Shown one piece after another: positions 9,149 through 17,489 of a stretch of DNA of 64,000 nt. The notes below the pieces were generated by a model, which was not told the origin of the DNA, did no database searches, and saw only the letters and a program-made list of their open reading frames with translations. The position numbers were made by a program, and so were the translations under genes. Source of the DNA: Flavobacteriales bacterium UBA1993 (GTDB taxonomy: Bacteria; Bacteroidota; Bacteroidia; Flavobacteriales_G; Salibacteraceae); contig DDCZ01000048.1 in the NCBI GenBank assembly GCA_002336485.1, positions 115,801 through 179,800 of the forward strand, written 5' to 3'. How positions within the stretch are numbered: position 1 is the first letter of the stretch; each line of letters opens with the position of its first letter.

Positions 9149-9724
9149 CTAGGTTACTTTATTTTGGACGGCGTCGCAAAGTCGATCAAATATCTCATCA
9201 ATGCTTCCGATACCGTGAACCCCAACATACTTACCTTGAGATTTGTAGTGATTTGCCACAGGCGCTGTTTGCGCGTTGTAGACGTCGATTCTATTTTGAA
9301 TAATTGCCGGATCCGCGTCATCTGGACGCCCACTGTCAATTGCTCTGTTTTTCAATCGGCTTCTAAGTTCCTCTTCTTCTACTTCAAGCGCTAATGCCAT
9401 GCTAATGGCGCTATTTTTTGATGTAAGAAATAAATCTAGAGCTTCGGCTTGAGCAGTGGTTCTTGGGAACCCATCATAAATGACACCCTCGGCATCGGGG
9501 TACTTCTCAACTTCGCTCTGTAGAATTTTTATGGTAATGTCATCAGGAACTAAATTGCCCTGGTCCGAGTAGCTCTTGGCCAGTTTAGCTAGATCCGAAC
9601 TTGGATCCAACGCTCTAAATACATCGCCGGTTGAAATGTGTACCAATCCGAACTTATCCTTAAGCTTCGTGCTTTGCGTGCCTTTTCCAGCACCGGGAGG
9701 GCCAAATATTACAATGTTCATCAT
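9149..9724 (-). CDS. adk: Adenylate kinase
   Basis: GPPGAGKGTQ P-loop; 191 aa; short lid type. Confidence 0.95.
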   Translation of the reverse strand: MMNIVIFGPPGAGKGTQSTKLKDKFGLVHISTGDVFRALDPSSDLAKLAKSYSDQGNLVPDDITIKILQSEVEKYPDAEGVIYDGFPRTTAQAEALDLFLTSKNSAISMALALEVEEEELRSRLKNRAIDSGRPDDADPAIIQNRIDVYNAQTAPVANHYKSQGKYVGVHGIGSIDEIFDRLCDAVQNKVT

Positions 9725-9727
9725 CTC

Positions 9728-10258
9728 TTATTCATTTAAAATATACACCTCGGGAATGTTTCGGCCATATCCGTCGTAGTCAAGGCCATAACCCAGTAAG
9801 AACTTGTTCTCCACCTCGAAGCAAACATAGTCAATAGGGTAGGAGTGCTGGTAAGCTTCCTTCTTGAATAGCAACGTGCAAATCTTTATCGACTTTGGCT
9901 GATAGCGCTCTAAAAATTCAATGAGTGCACTCAACGTGTTTCCTGTATCTACAATGTCTTCAACAATAATGACATCGCGATTTTGTAATGAAAGCTTGCC
10001 AGATTCATGAAATTTCACTTTCCCGGTTGATTCCATTCCCTCATAGGAGGCGGCCTTTAAAAAACCAATTTCACATGGAGCGCTGAATTGCTTCATCAAG
10101 TCAGAAAAGAACATGAAAGAACCGTTTAATACTCCTAGGAAGAACGGCGCATTCTCGGAATGACTTACCATTAGCTCGCGACCAATTCGTTCAACTTCCT
10201 TCTGAATAAGGTCTTCTTTAATGTGTGGTCGAAATTGTTTGTCGTGAACTGTAATCAT
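9728..10258 (-). CDS. hpt: Hypoxanthine phosphoribosyltransferase
   Basis: PRPP-binding motif VIIVEDIVDTGNTL. ATG at 10258 (MITVHDKQF) gives a typical 176-aa Hpt. The longer ORF to 10363 would overlap the purK start. Confidence 0.88.
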   Translation of the reverse strand: MITVHDKQFRPHIKEDLIQKEVERIGRELMVSHSENAPFFLGVLNGSFMFFSDLMKQFSAPCEIGFLKAASYEGMESTGKVKFHESGKLSLQNRDVIIVEDIVDTGNTLSALIEFLERYQPKSIKICTLLFKKEAYQHSYPIDYVCFEVENKFLLGYGLDYDGYGRNIPEVYILNE

Positions 10259-10273
10259 TAACCCAATTGTTGC

Positions 10274-10292
10274 CGCAAATGTAACATTTGCG
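10274..10292. promoter_or_regulatory. Perfect 19-bp palindrome (CGCAAATGT-A-ACATTTGCG) in the hpt/purK divergent intergenic region; it contains a minus-strand TACATTTG -7-type box (10276-10283)
   Basis: Read directly from the sequence: 9+1+9 nt, perfectly self-complementary. It lies 16 nt upstream of the hpt ATG and 70 nt upstream of the purK ATG. Its function (operator, promoter or UTR hairpin) is inferred. Confidence 0.4.
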
Positions 10293-10361
10293 CACCCCTT
10301 AATTTGTTGGATTTTATAAACAAAACCTTGGTTCTGTATTGCGCAGGAATATCTTCGCGTC

Positions 10362-11480
10362 ATGAGAATTGGGATAATAGGAGGCGGCCAATTGGGTCGA
10401 ATGTTTATACAAAACGGGCTGAACTATGGAATCGAGTTTTTTGTGCTTGATCCAGATCCAAATGCTCCGTGCTCTGCAATCGCCAACAAATTTGTTTGCG
10501 CTGATAGGAATGACGAAGAAGCGGTTTATGCGCTCGGTAAAGAATGCGACGTAGTTACCATTGAAATTGAGAACGTTTCTATCGAAGCATTGAAGCGTCT
10601 ACGTGACGAAGGTGTAACCGTATATCCGCAGCCAGAAATCTTGGAAATGATTCGAGACAAAGGGGTGCAAAAGCAGTTTTATCTAGATAATGGTTTGCCC
10701 ACTGCTGATTTTGCGTTGGTTGAGAGTAAGTCGGAAATAGAGGCCCATAAGGACTTACTGCCTGTAATGCAAAAAATGCGGGTTGGTGGATATGATGGAA
10801 AGGGAGTAACACCCATAAAAGATGTTGGAGATATCGCAACTGCTTTTGATGCACCTTCAGTACTTGAATCTTGGGTGCCCAATGCCCTGGAGATTGCCGT
10901 TTTGGTTTCCCGTAATCCAGATGGTGACGTGAAGTCCTTTCCTGTTGTAGAATTGGTCTTCAATCCAGAAGCGAATTTGGTGGACTATCTTGTGAGTCCT
11001 GCTAGGGTTAGCATTGAAATAGAGGCGAAAGCCCGAGAGATTTCAGAATCACTGATTCGGAAAATGGAAATGGTCGGTTTGTTGGCCGTTGAAATGTTTG
11101 TAACCGAAGCTGGCGAGGTATTAATAAATGAAATGGCGCCAAGACCGCATAATAGCGGCCACCACACAATCGAGGCGTGTTTCACAAGTCAATACGATCA
11201 GCACTTACGTTCCATTATGAATTGGCCACTTGGTTCCACCGTTCTTAGATGTGCCGCGGCCATGATTAACCTGTTGGGAGAAAAGGGTTATGAGGGTAAG
11301 GCGATCTATCAAGGATTGGAAAACGCGATTGGTGAAACCGGGGTTTTTCCACACATATATGGCAAGGAAATGACCAAACCATATAGAAAAATGGGGCATG
11401 TTACGGTATTAGACAACACCACAGATGATGCACTCATTAAAGCTCAACGAACACAGGAATTAATTAAAGTGATCGCTTAG
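10362..11480 (+). CDS. purK: N5-carboxyaminoimidazole ribonucleotide synthase
   Basis: MRIGIIGGGQLGRM N-terminus, ATP-grasp organisation, EMAPRPHNSGH motif. Confidence 0.9.
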   Translation: MRIGIIGGGQLGRMFIQNGLNYGIEFFVLDPDPNAPCSAIANKFVCADRNDEEAVYALGKECDVVTIEIENVSIEALKRLRDEGVTVYPQPEILEMIRDKGVQKQFYLDNGLPTADFALVESKSEIEAHKDLLPVMQKMRVGGYDGKGVTPIKDVGDIATAFDAPSVLESWVPNALEIAVLVSRNPDGDVKSFPVVELVFNPEANLVDYLVSPARVSIEIEAKAREISESLIRKMEMVGLLAVEMFVTEAGEVLINEMAPRPHNSGHHTIEACFTSQYDQHLRSIMNWPLGSTVLRCAAAMINLLGEKGYEGKAIYQGLENAIGETGVFPHIYGKEMTKPYRKMGHVTVLDNTTDDALIKAQRTQELIKVIA

Positions 11481-11520
11481 ATGGCGAATTCTGCTTTGCC
11501 AATTCACTTAATTTAGCGGC

Positions 11521-12018
11521 ATGGCAATCACACCAACCGTCGGAATCATAATGGGCAGCAAAAGCGACATGCCCGTCATGCAAGCAGCTGCAGATATTCT
11601 TGAAGAATTAGGCGTCCCATTCGAATTAGATATCGTTTCAGCCCATCGAACTCCAGATAAAATGATGGACTATGGGAAATCGGCGCATTCACGTGGTTTG
11701 AAGGTGATTATTGCTGGAGCAGGCGGGGCAGCGCATCTACCGGGAATGGTGGCCAGCGTGACTCCATTACCTGTAATTGGAGTTCCTGTGAAATCATCAA
11801 ATTCCATAGATGGATGGGACTCAATACTCTCCATTCTTCAAATGCCAGGCGGCGTACCTGTCGCTACAGTGGCGTTGAACGGAGCGAAGAATGCCGGAAT
11901 CTTAGCAGCACAAGTGGTAGCCGCTGGAGACGATACCTTGTTAGACAGATTGATCCAATACAAAGCATCCTTGATTGAAAAGGTGGACGAAATGTCCAAG
12001 GAGGTCAAACGAGGCTAA
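11521..12018 (+). CDS. purE: N5-carboxyaminoimidazole ribonucleotide mutase
   Basis: GSKSDMPVM and [10 protein letters not shown] motifs; 165 aa. Confidence 0.95.
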   Translation: MAITPTVGIIMGSKSDMPVMQAAADILEELGVPFELDIVSAHRTPDKMMDYGKSAHSRGLKVIIAGAGGAAHLPGMVASVTPLPVIGVPVKSSNSIDGWDSILSILQMPGGVPVATVALNGAKNAGILAAQVVAAGDDTLLDRLIQYKASLIEKVDEMSKEVKRG

Positions 12019-12025
12019 ACAACTT

Positions 12026-14716
12026 ATGGCAAGCCTAAAGCGTCATTCAATTGTGAATACGGAAGCATTTTTCTTGGGCTTAATTTTTCTACTGTGCTCC
12101 ATGAATGTGCAAGCGCAGTTGAATATATCAAGTGCCCAGCAAACAGGTAATTGGGCGGATTATTATGTGCAAAATGTCCTTCTAGGAACTGGAGTTACCG
12201 CATTTAATGCAACGTTCACTGGTTGCGATACAACTGGAGGTAATGAGGGGATGGATTCTGTTCAAATAGGTGAGTTCGCTTCAACAAATACACTGGTTGA
12301 TATTCCATATGGCGTTATGCTTCACAGTGGTTCGGTAGTGGATTTTAGCGGTGGGCCAAACTTCGTTGATGGAGTTTCGGATATTGACCTTGACTCTCTG
12401 CTCCCTGGCTTTACCATGAACAACGCCGCAATTCTTGAGTTTGATTTTGTGCCTCAAGGAGATACCATTCGTTTTAAATATGTCTTCGGAAGCTTGGAGT
12501 ATCCCACCTATGTATGTTCGAACTTCAATGATGTCTTTGGATTCTTCCTCAGTGGCCCTGGAATAAATGGGACGTTTGAGAATAATGGAGAGAACATAGC
12601 TTTAGTGCCGGGCACCAACATTCCAGTTTCCATTAATACTATCAATGACGTGGCAGGTGGGTCTTCGTGCACCAGTCCTTGTCCGTGTAATACCCAGTAT
12701 TATGTGAATAATAATGGGTTTGCGAACGATACTAATGTGCGTTTTACGGGCATGACAGTTACCCTAGAGGCCAAACATTGGGTGAGCTGCGGTGACACCT
12801 ATCACATAAAACTCGCCATCGCTGATGCTGGAGATGGAATTCTAAATAGCGGAGTTTTTTTAGAAGGAGGCAGCTTTACCTCAAACCTTATTGAGGTGAA
12901 CATCGCTTCCGTAAATGGTGATAGTACCATAAACGAGGGTTGCGGAACGGCGGAAATCCTTTTTTCAAGGGGCGACACAACTGATTCAAGTATCACGATA
13001 ATTGAGTTCGTTGGGACTGCAACAAATGGGGTCGACTTTGACACAATTCCCGATACAATTGTACTGCCACCCGGGGTCTTTGATACCACCATTGTGATCA
13101 ATCCATATTACGATGGACTCAATGAGGGCGTGGAATATATTACGATTCGGGCCATAAGTGTAACCCTTTGTAACGATACTTTTGTCAGCGAAGGGACACT
13201 ATATTTTTATGATGTACCGGACTTACATCTCTTAAGTACCGACGATACCGTATTCGATTGTCCAGTTGATTCACTTGTGATTAGTTCATTAGTTCAAAGT
13301 GGTGGCCCGCCGCCCTATTTATATGTTTGGAACACAGGCGACACGGGATCTGTGCAAACGGTTTCGATATCCGCTGGTTTAGGTATAGATACATTTACCG
13401 TGGAGGTTTGGGATAGTTGCGGCCTATTCTCAAACACCGATACAGTTTTGGTTACAAAGAATTACCAGGATGACCCAATAACCACAATTACGGGAGATAG
13501 TACGGTGGATTGTTCTGGTGACTCGTCAGAGTTAACCGCAGGAGTCGTGAATGGAAATGGACCTTTTACGTATGTCTGGTCTAATGGAGACACGCTCGAA
13601 AGCACATCAACCATCGTAACCGGGCCTCAACAAATGATGTTGACCATAACAGATGTTTGTGGACGAACGTCGGTTGATACATTCATATTGAATGTAGTGT
13701 CGGCCGAAAATTTCACAATTGCTGCCCCAGATTCCATACGGTTTTGCTCAGGTTCTAGCCTCCAGGTTAGGGGGGTTGCAGAGGGATCTGTGGGCCCGTT
13801 TGAGTACTCTTGGGACAAAACAAACCCGGTTTTTGGAGACACAAATTCAAAGAATTATCTGATCGTTTCTGACACCGTAATATGGATTTGGGCCAGCGAT
13901 ATTTGTGGACGAACCACAAGTGTTCAAGTTTATGTGGAAGCAATCGAAACTGGGCCACTTGAGGCATCCTTAGAATCAGTTGAAGGAGATTGTTCGGGCG
14001 AGGCCTTTGAATTGGAGCCTACTGTTTTTGGCGGCTTGCGTCCTTACTCCTATTTATGGTCAACAAGCGATTCCGATTCGGTCGTTATTGTTCCGGTAAA
14101 TGTCTCTCAAAGTTTCAATGTCACGGTCTTTGACGCATGTGGTAATATTGACACGGCTAGGGCATACGTTGATATCCCAAAACTCGAACCTATGTCCTTG
14201 AGCGTTTCGGGAGACAATAGTCTGTGCTTTGGTCAAGAATACATCGTTGAATTATTGACATACGGAGGTGCGGGAGAATACCGATATGAGTGGAGACAGC
14301 AAGAGGAGAGGGTTATTGGCGAGACCTTTAACGATCTTGGAAATGGACAATATCAAATTGTCAGTTTTCGAACCAACGATCATTACTTCAAAGTCATTGA
14401 TAAATGCGGGAATATTCTGGAAGATACAGTGCAGGTTGAGATTCAGCATTGTTTGGATATACCCAATGTAATAACACCCAACGGAGATGGTATTAATGAT
14501 GCCTTCTATATCGGGAATGTGACCAACTTCCCCGATGCACAGCTCACAATATTCAATAGATGGGGAACAAAAGTCTATGAGTCGAAACCCTATCTAAATG
14601 AGTGGACTCCAATTGAAATGTCTGCCGGGGTATACTTCTATATTTTAACATCGGATTACTTCCCCCAACTTAGAGGCGACGTGACCGTTTTTAGTGGAGG
14701 TATGCGCTCACGTTAA
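12026..14716 (+). CDS. T9SS cargo protein: choice-of-anchor-L-like N-terminal domain, five Ig-like Cys-containing repeats, gliding-motility-associated (type B) C-terminal domain
   Basis: ATG at 12026 gives a signal peptide (FLGLIFLLCSMNVQAQ). FDFVPQGDTIRFKYVFGSLEYPTYVCSNFNDVFGFFLSGPG resembles choice-of-anchor L. The C-terminus IPNVITPNGDGINDAFYI...IFNRWGTKVYE is the CHU_C/gliding CTD signature. Confidence 0.8.
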   Translation: MASLKRHSIVNTEAFFLGLIFLLCSMNVQAQLNISSAQQTGNWADYYVQNVLLGTGVTAFNATFTGCDTTGGNEGMDSVQIGEFASTNTLVDIPYGVMLHSGSVVDFSGGPNFVDGVSDIDLDSLLPGFTMNNAAILEFDFVPQGDTIRFKYVFGSLEYPTYVCSNFNDVFGFFLSGPGINGTFENNGENIALVPGTNIPVSINTINDVAGGSSCTSPCPCNTQYYVNNNGFANDTNVRFTGMTVTLEAKHWVSCGDTYHIKLAIADAGDGILNSGVFLEGGSFTSNLIEVNIASVNGDSTINEGCGTAEILFSRGDTTDSSITIIEFVGTATNGVDFDTIPDTIVLPPGVFDTTIVINPYYDGLNEGVEYITIRAISVTLCNDTFVSEGTLYFYDVPDLHLLSTDDTVFDCPVDSLVISSLVQSGGPPPYLYVWNTGDTGSVQTVSISAGLGIDTFTVEVWDSCGLFSNTDTVLVTKNYQDDPITTITGDSTVDCSGDSSELTAGVVNGNGPFTYVWSNGDTLESTSTIVTGPQQMMLTITDVCGRTSVDTFILNVVSAENFTIAAPDSIRFCSGSSLQVRGVAEGSVGPFEYSWDKTNPVFGDTNSKNYLIVSDTVIWIWASDICGRTTSVQVYVEAIETGPLEASLESVEGDCSGEAFELEPTVFGGLRPYSYLWSTSDSDSVVIVPVNVSQSFNVTVFDACGNIDTARAYVDIPKLEPMSLSVSGDNSLCFGQEYIVELLTYGGAGEYRYEWRQQEERVIGETFNDLGNGQYQIVSFRTNDHYFKVIDKCGNILEDTVQVEIQHCLDIPNVITPNGDGINDAFYIGNVTNFPDAQLTIFNRWGTKVYESKPYLNEWTPIEMSAGVYFYILTSDYFPQLRGDVTVFSGGMRSR
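13218..14452 (+). repeat. Five tandem repeats of about 80 aa inside the CDS (SprB-type Ig-like modules)
   Basis: Recurring motif GGxxPYxYxW...D.CG with a period of about 240 nt: GGPPPYLYVW (about 13301), GNGPFTYVW (about 13550), GSVGPFEYSW (about 13790), GGLRPYSYLW (about 14030), GGAGEYRYEW (about 14265). The repeat is at protein level only; DNA identity looks low. Confidence 0.6.
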
Positions 14717-15314
14717 TCAACGGTTTATTCACTAGCCTTAATTCGTTTTCTTGGCTGTTCGAGCTTATCACAACGATTCTATCCGCACATTGCGATTGCA
14801 AACAAGTTTCAAACCACTTAGACCACTTGGCGTCGAGGTTTGCGCAAGGCTCATCCACTAATAATAGATTGGAATCTGCAAATATTGCAAGTCCTAATTT
14901 CAGGCGTTGGCGCATTCCAGAACTTAACTGATCCAATGTTTTGCTTCGATGTGCAACAAGCTCAATTTCTTCTAATAAAGCCGAGCTTGAAAACCCGGCT
15001 TTGAATGGCTTGAATTGCGCTTGACTTTCAATGCACTCTTCCACGGTCAGTTCCGAAGGAAGATCTAAATACGGAGCGGAGATGCTTATTTTTTTAAAGA
15101 CACTTTCAATGGTCGTTTCACCTTTGTCATAGATCACTTCGCCTTCGTTTGGAGTAACGAAACCGGAGATTATTTGAAGTAGTGTTGATTTTCCACTGCC
15201 ATTGATACCCACAATGCCATAAATGTTATTCGCTTCAAGGTCTGCAGATATGCCTCGAAAGATCCAAGTTCGACCGTACTTCTTGCCGATATTAGAACAG
15301 GTGACGTTCATCAC
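14691..15314 (-). CDS. ABC transporter ATP-binding protein (short, 207 aa; no permease gene adjacent)
   Basis: Walker A GINGSGKSTLLQ, signature LSSGMRQR, Walker B LLLVDEP. ATGA overlap with the lpxA stop. Confidence 0.8.
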   Translation of the reverse strand: MMNVTCSNIGKKYGRTWIFRGISADLEANNIYGIVGINGSGKSTLLQIISGFVTPNEGEVIYDKGETTIESVFKKISISAPYLDLPSELTVEECIESQAQFKPFKAGFSSSALLEEIELVAHRSKTLDQLSSGMRQRLKLGLAIFADSNLLLVDEPCANLDAKWSKWFETCLQSQCADRIVVISSNSQENELRLVNKPLINVSAYLH

Positions 15315-16090
15315 GCACCCTTTCCGCGCATGATTCCTTTGTCGGATTTGGCAACAAAATCAAGGATGTAAGTTCGAGTTTCTGAGGGTTCAATTTCAAG
15401 CTCAATGGCAGCAACTCCCTTGGCCGTATTGTCATTCATTACATAGAGCAACCGATAAATGTCTTCAATCTGCTTTACCGTTGATTCGTCAAAACCTCGT
15501 CTCTTAAGTCCAATGCTGTTGACGCCTACGTAGCTCAATGGTTCGCGCGCTGCTTTCACGAATGGTGGAACATTCTTTCGAACGAGTGAGCCGCCTGCCA
15601 CAAAACTGTGCTTACCTATCGTTACAAATTGTTGAACCGCTACCATACCCTCAAGTATGGCATTGTCTTCTATGGTTATGTGTCCGGCAAGATTTACACA
15701 ATTGGCTAGAATAACCCCGTTGCCAACGAAGCAATCATGGGCCACATGAACATAGGCCATCAACATACAGTTACTACCTACCTTGGTTTTCATTCTGTCC
15801 GTAGTTCCCTTGTTTATTGTGACACACTCACGAATGGTGGTGTTATCTCCTATCTCAGCCGTTGTTTCTTCGCCGGCATATTTTAGATCTTGCGGAATGG
15901 CAGAAATAACTGCGCCAGGAAAAATCTTACAGTTTTTACCTATTCGAGCTCCGTTCATGATGGTGACGTTTGGGCCAATCCAAGTTCCATCCCCAATTTC
16001 GACGTCTTCATAAATGGTAGAAAATGGCTCAACTACTACATCTTTACCAAGTTTGGCGTTAGGATGTATGTTGGCTCGCAACTCGCTCAT
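15311..16090 (-). CDS. lpxA: Acyl-ACP--UDP-N-acetylglucosamine O-acyltransferase
   Basis: Left-handed beta-helix hexapeptide repeats, 259 aa, N-terminus IHPNAKLGKDVVVEPF, and its position in the lpx operon. Confidence 0.9.
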   Translation of the reverse strand: MSELRANIHPNAKLGKDVVVEPFSTIYEDVEIGDGTWIGPNVTIMNGARIGKNCKIFPGAVISAIPQDLKYAGEETTAEIGDNTTIRECVTINKGTTDRMKTKVGSNCMLMAYVHVAHDCFVGNGVILANCVNLAGHITIEDNAILEGMVAVQQFVTIGKHSFVAGGSLVRKNVPPFVKAAREPLSYVGVNSIGLKRRGFDESTVKQIEDIYRLLYVMNDNTAKGVAAIELEIEPSETRTYILDFVAKSDKGIMRGKGA

Positions 16091-17489
16091 CGTTTCTTAC
16101 TTTAATAATTTGGGCCATCAATTCACCTTCAGAAACGAGTTGATTTCGCACGTATGCTTCTCCTTTCATGTTCACTAAACCTCTTCTCACAGGGCCGAGC
16201 AATGATAGTTTAAAAACCAACGTGTCTCCAGGGACCACTTTACGCTTGAATTTCACTTTGTCAATCTTCACAAAGAGCGTCTCGTAATTCCAAGGATCCT
16301 CAATCTGACTCATAGTTAAGATGCCTCCAGTTTGCGCCATTGCTTCCACTTGAAGCACGCCTGGCATAACTGGGTTTCCAGGAAAGTGACCTTGAAAAAA
16401 TTCCTCATTCATAGTCACGTTCTTAACGCCAACCACATAATCTTCGCCCATTTCGATGATCTTATCTACGAGTAGAAATGGGTATCTGTGCGGAAGCATT
16501 TCGCTGATTTCGGTAATTCCATAAATGGAATCGGCCATTAAATCAAACTGAGGAATGTTTCGTTGTTCTTTCTTAATGTGATCTTTTAAAATCTTCGCAA
16601 AAGCCACGTTTGTGGTGTGACCAGGGCGTGCGGCCAAAATGTGGCCTTGAATGGGCTTTCCAACCAAAGCAAGATCGCCAATGATATCAAGTAGTTTGTG
16701 TCGTGCTGGTTCATTTTGGAAATGAAGCTTCACATTGTTCAAGATACCGATCCCGACCGATTGTAACTCTTCTCGTTCTCTATTAAAAGCGTTTGCTAAT
16801 CGGTCTATTTCTTCATCTGTGAAATCAAGCGTGTCAACCATTACAATGGCATTGTCCACATCACCACCTTTTACCAATCCGGCATTTACGAGCTGCATTA
16901 ACTCTCTGAGGAATACAAACGTTCTGCAACGGCTAAACTCATCTTTGAACTCGCTGATTTTGTACATGCTGGCATGTTGCGTTCCAAGCATGGGTGAGCG
17001 ATAGTCAACCATCACCGTAATTCGGTAATCGGGTGAAGGCACTGCGAGCATCTCAACTTCACGTTCTGGATCTTCGAATGTGATGTTTTCCTTAAGTATG
17101 AAAAAGTCTTTTTCCGCGTCTTGCTCCTCAATTCCAACGGCCTCAATGGCCTCTACGAAATGCTTCGCGCTTCCATCCAATATTGGAATTTCTGGTCCAT
17201 CTAACTCTATAAGGGCGTTATCAACGCCCATTCCATATAACGCAGCAAGAATGTGCTCTGTCGTGTGCACTTCCATCTTGTCATTTCCTAATGTGGTTCC
17301 GCGTCTAGTGTGAATCACAAAATCGACATCGGCTTTTATGGTAGGTTGGCCCTCAATGTCCGAACGCTGGAATCGATACCAGTGATCAATCGGAGCAGGA
17401 TGTACAGTTAGTTTTGTGTTTTGGCCAGTGTGGAGACCAACGCCTGATATAGTAAACGAGGCTTTAAGGGTTTTTTGTTTTTCAGCCAT
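16059..17489 (-). CDS. lpxC: Bifunctional UDP-3-O-acyl-GlcNAc deacetylase / 3-hydroxyacyl-ACP dehydratase
   Basis: The N-terminal LpxC part (GVGLHTG, TTEHILAAL) is fused to FabZ (LPHRYPFLLVDKI, GHFPGNPVMPGVL). This fusion is typical of Bacteroidota. Confidence 0.9.
   Translation of the reverse strand: MAEKQKTLKASFTISGVGLHTGQNTKLTVHPAPIDHWYRFQRSDIEGQPTIKADVDFVIHTRRGTTLGNDKMEVHTTEHILAALYGMGVDNALIELDGPEIPILDGSAKHFVEAIEAVGIEEQDAEKDFFILKENITFEDPEREVEMLAVPSPDYRITVMVDYRSPMLGTQHASMYKISEFKDEFSRCRTFVFLRELMQLVNAGLVKGGDVDNAIVMVDTLDFTDEEIDRLANAFNREREELQSVGIGILNNVKLHFQNEPARHKLLDIIGDLALVGKPIQGHILAARPGHTTNVAFAKILKDHIKKEQRNIPQFDLMADSIYGITEISEMLPHRYPFLLVDKIIEMGEDYVVGVKNVTMNEEFFQGHFPGNPVMPGVLQVEAMAQTGGILTMSQIEDPWNYETLFVKIDKVKFKRKVVPGDTLVFKLSLLGPVRRGLVNMKGEAYVRNQLVSEGELMAQIIKVRNDERVASQHTS

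Noticed and set aside
9728-10363. Long version of hpt (211 aa), and similar long versions of 1564-2085 and 11975-14716
   Set aside because: The extensions overlap neighbouring genes or promoter elements and add residues foreign to the family. Internal ATGs at 10258, 1944 and 12026 give canonical N-termini or a signal peptide.
10579-11399. Minus-strand ORFs 10579-10854, 10679-10963, 10985-11185 and 11205-11399 inside purK
   Set aside because: Antisense to purK, with no start context or motifs.
13218-14452. Whether the tandem protein repeats constitute DNA-level repeats or a recombination hotspot
   Set aside because: The nucleotide sequences of the five units differ extensively. Only short motif-encoding stretches recur, so I treat this as a protein-domain repeat only.
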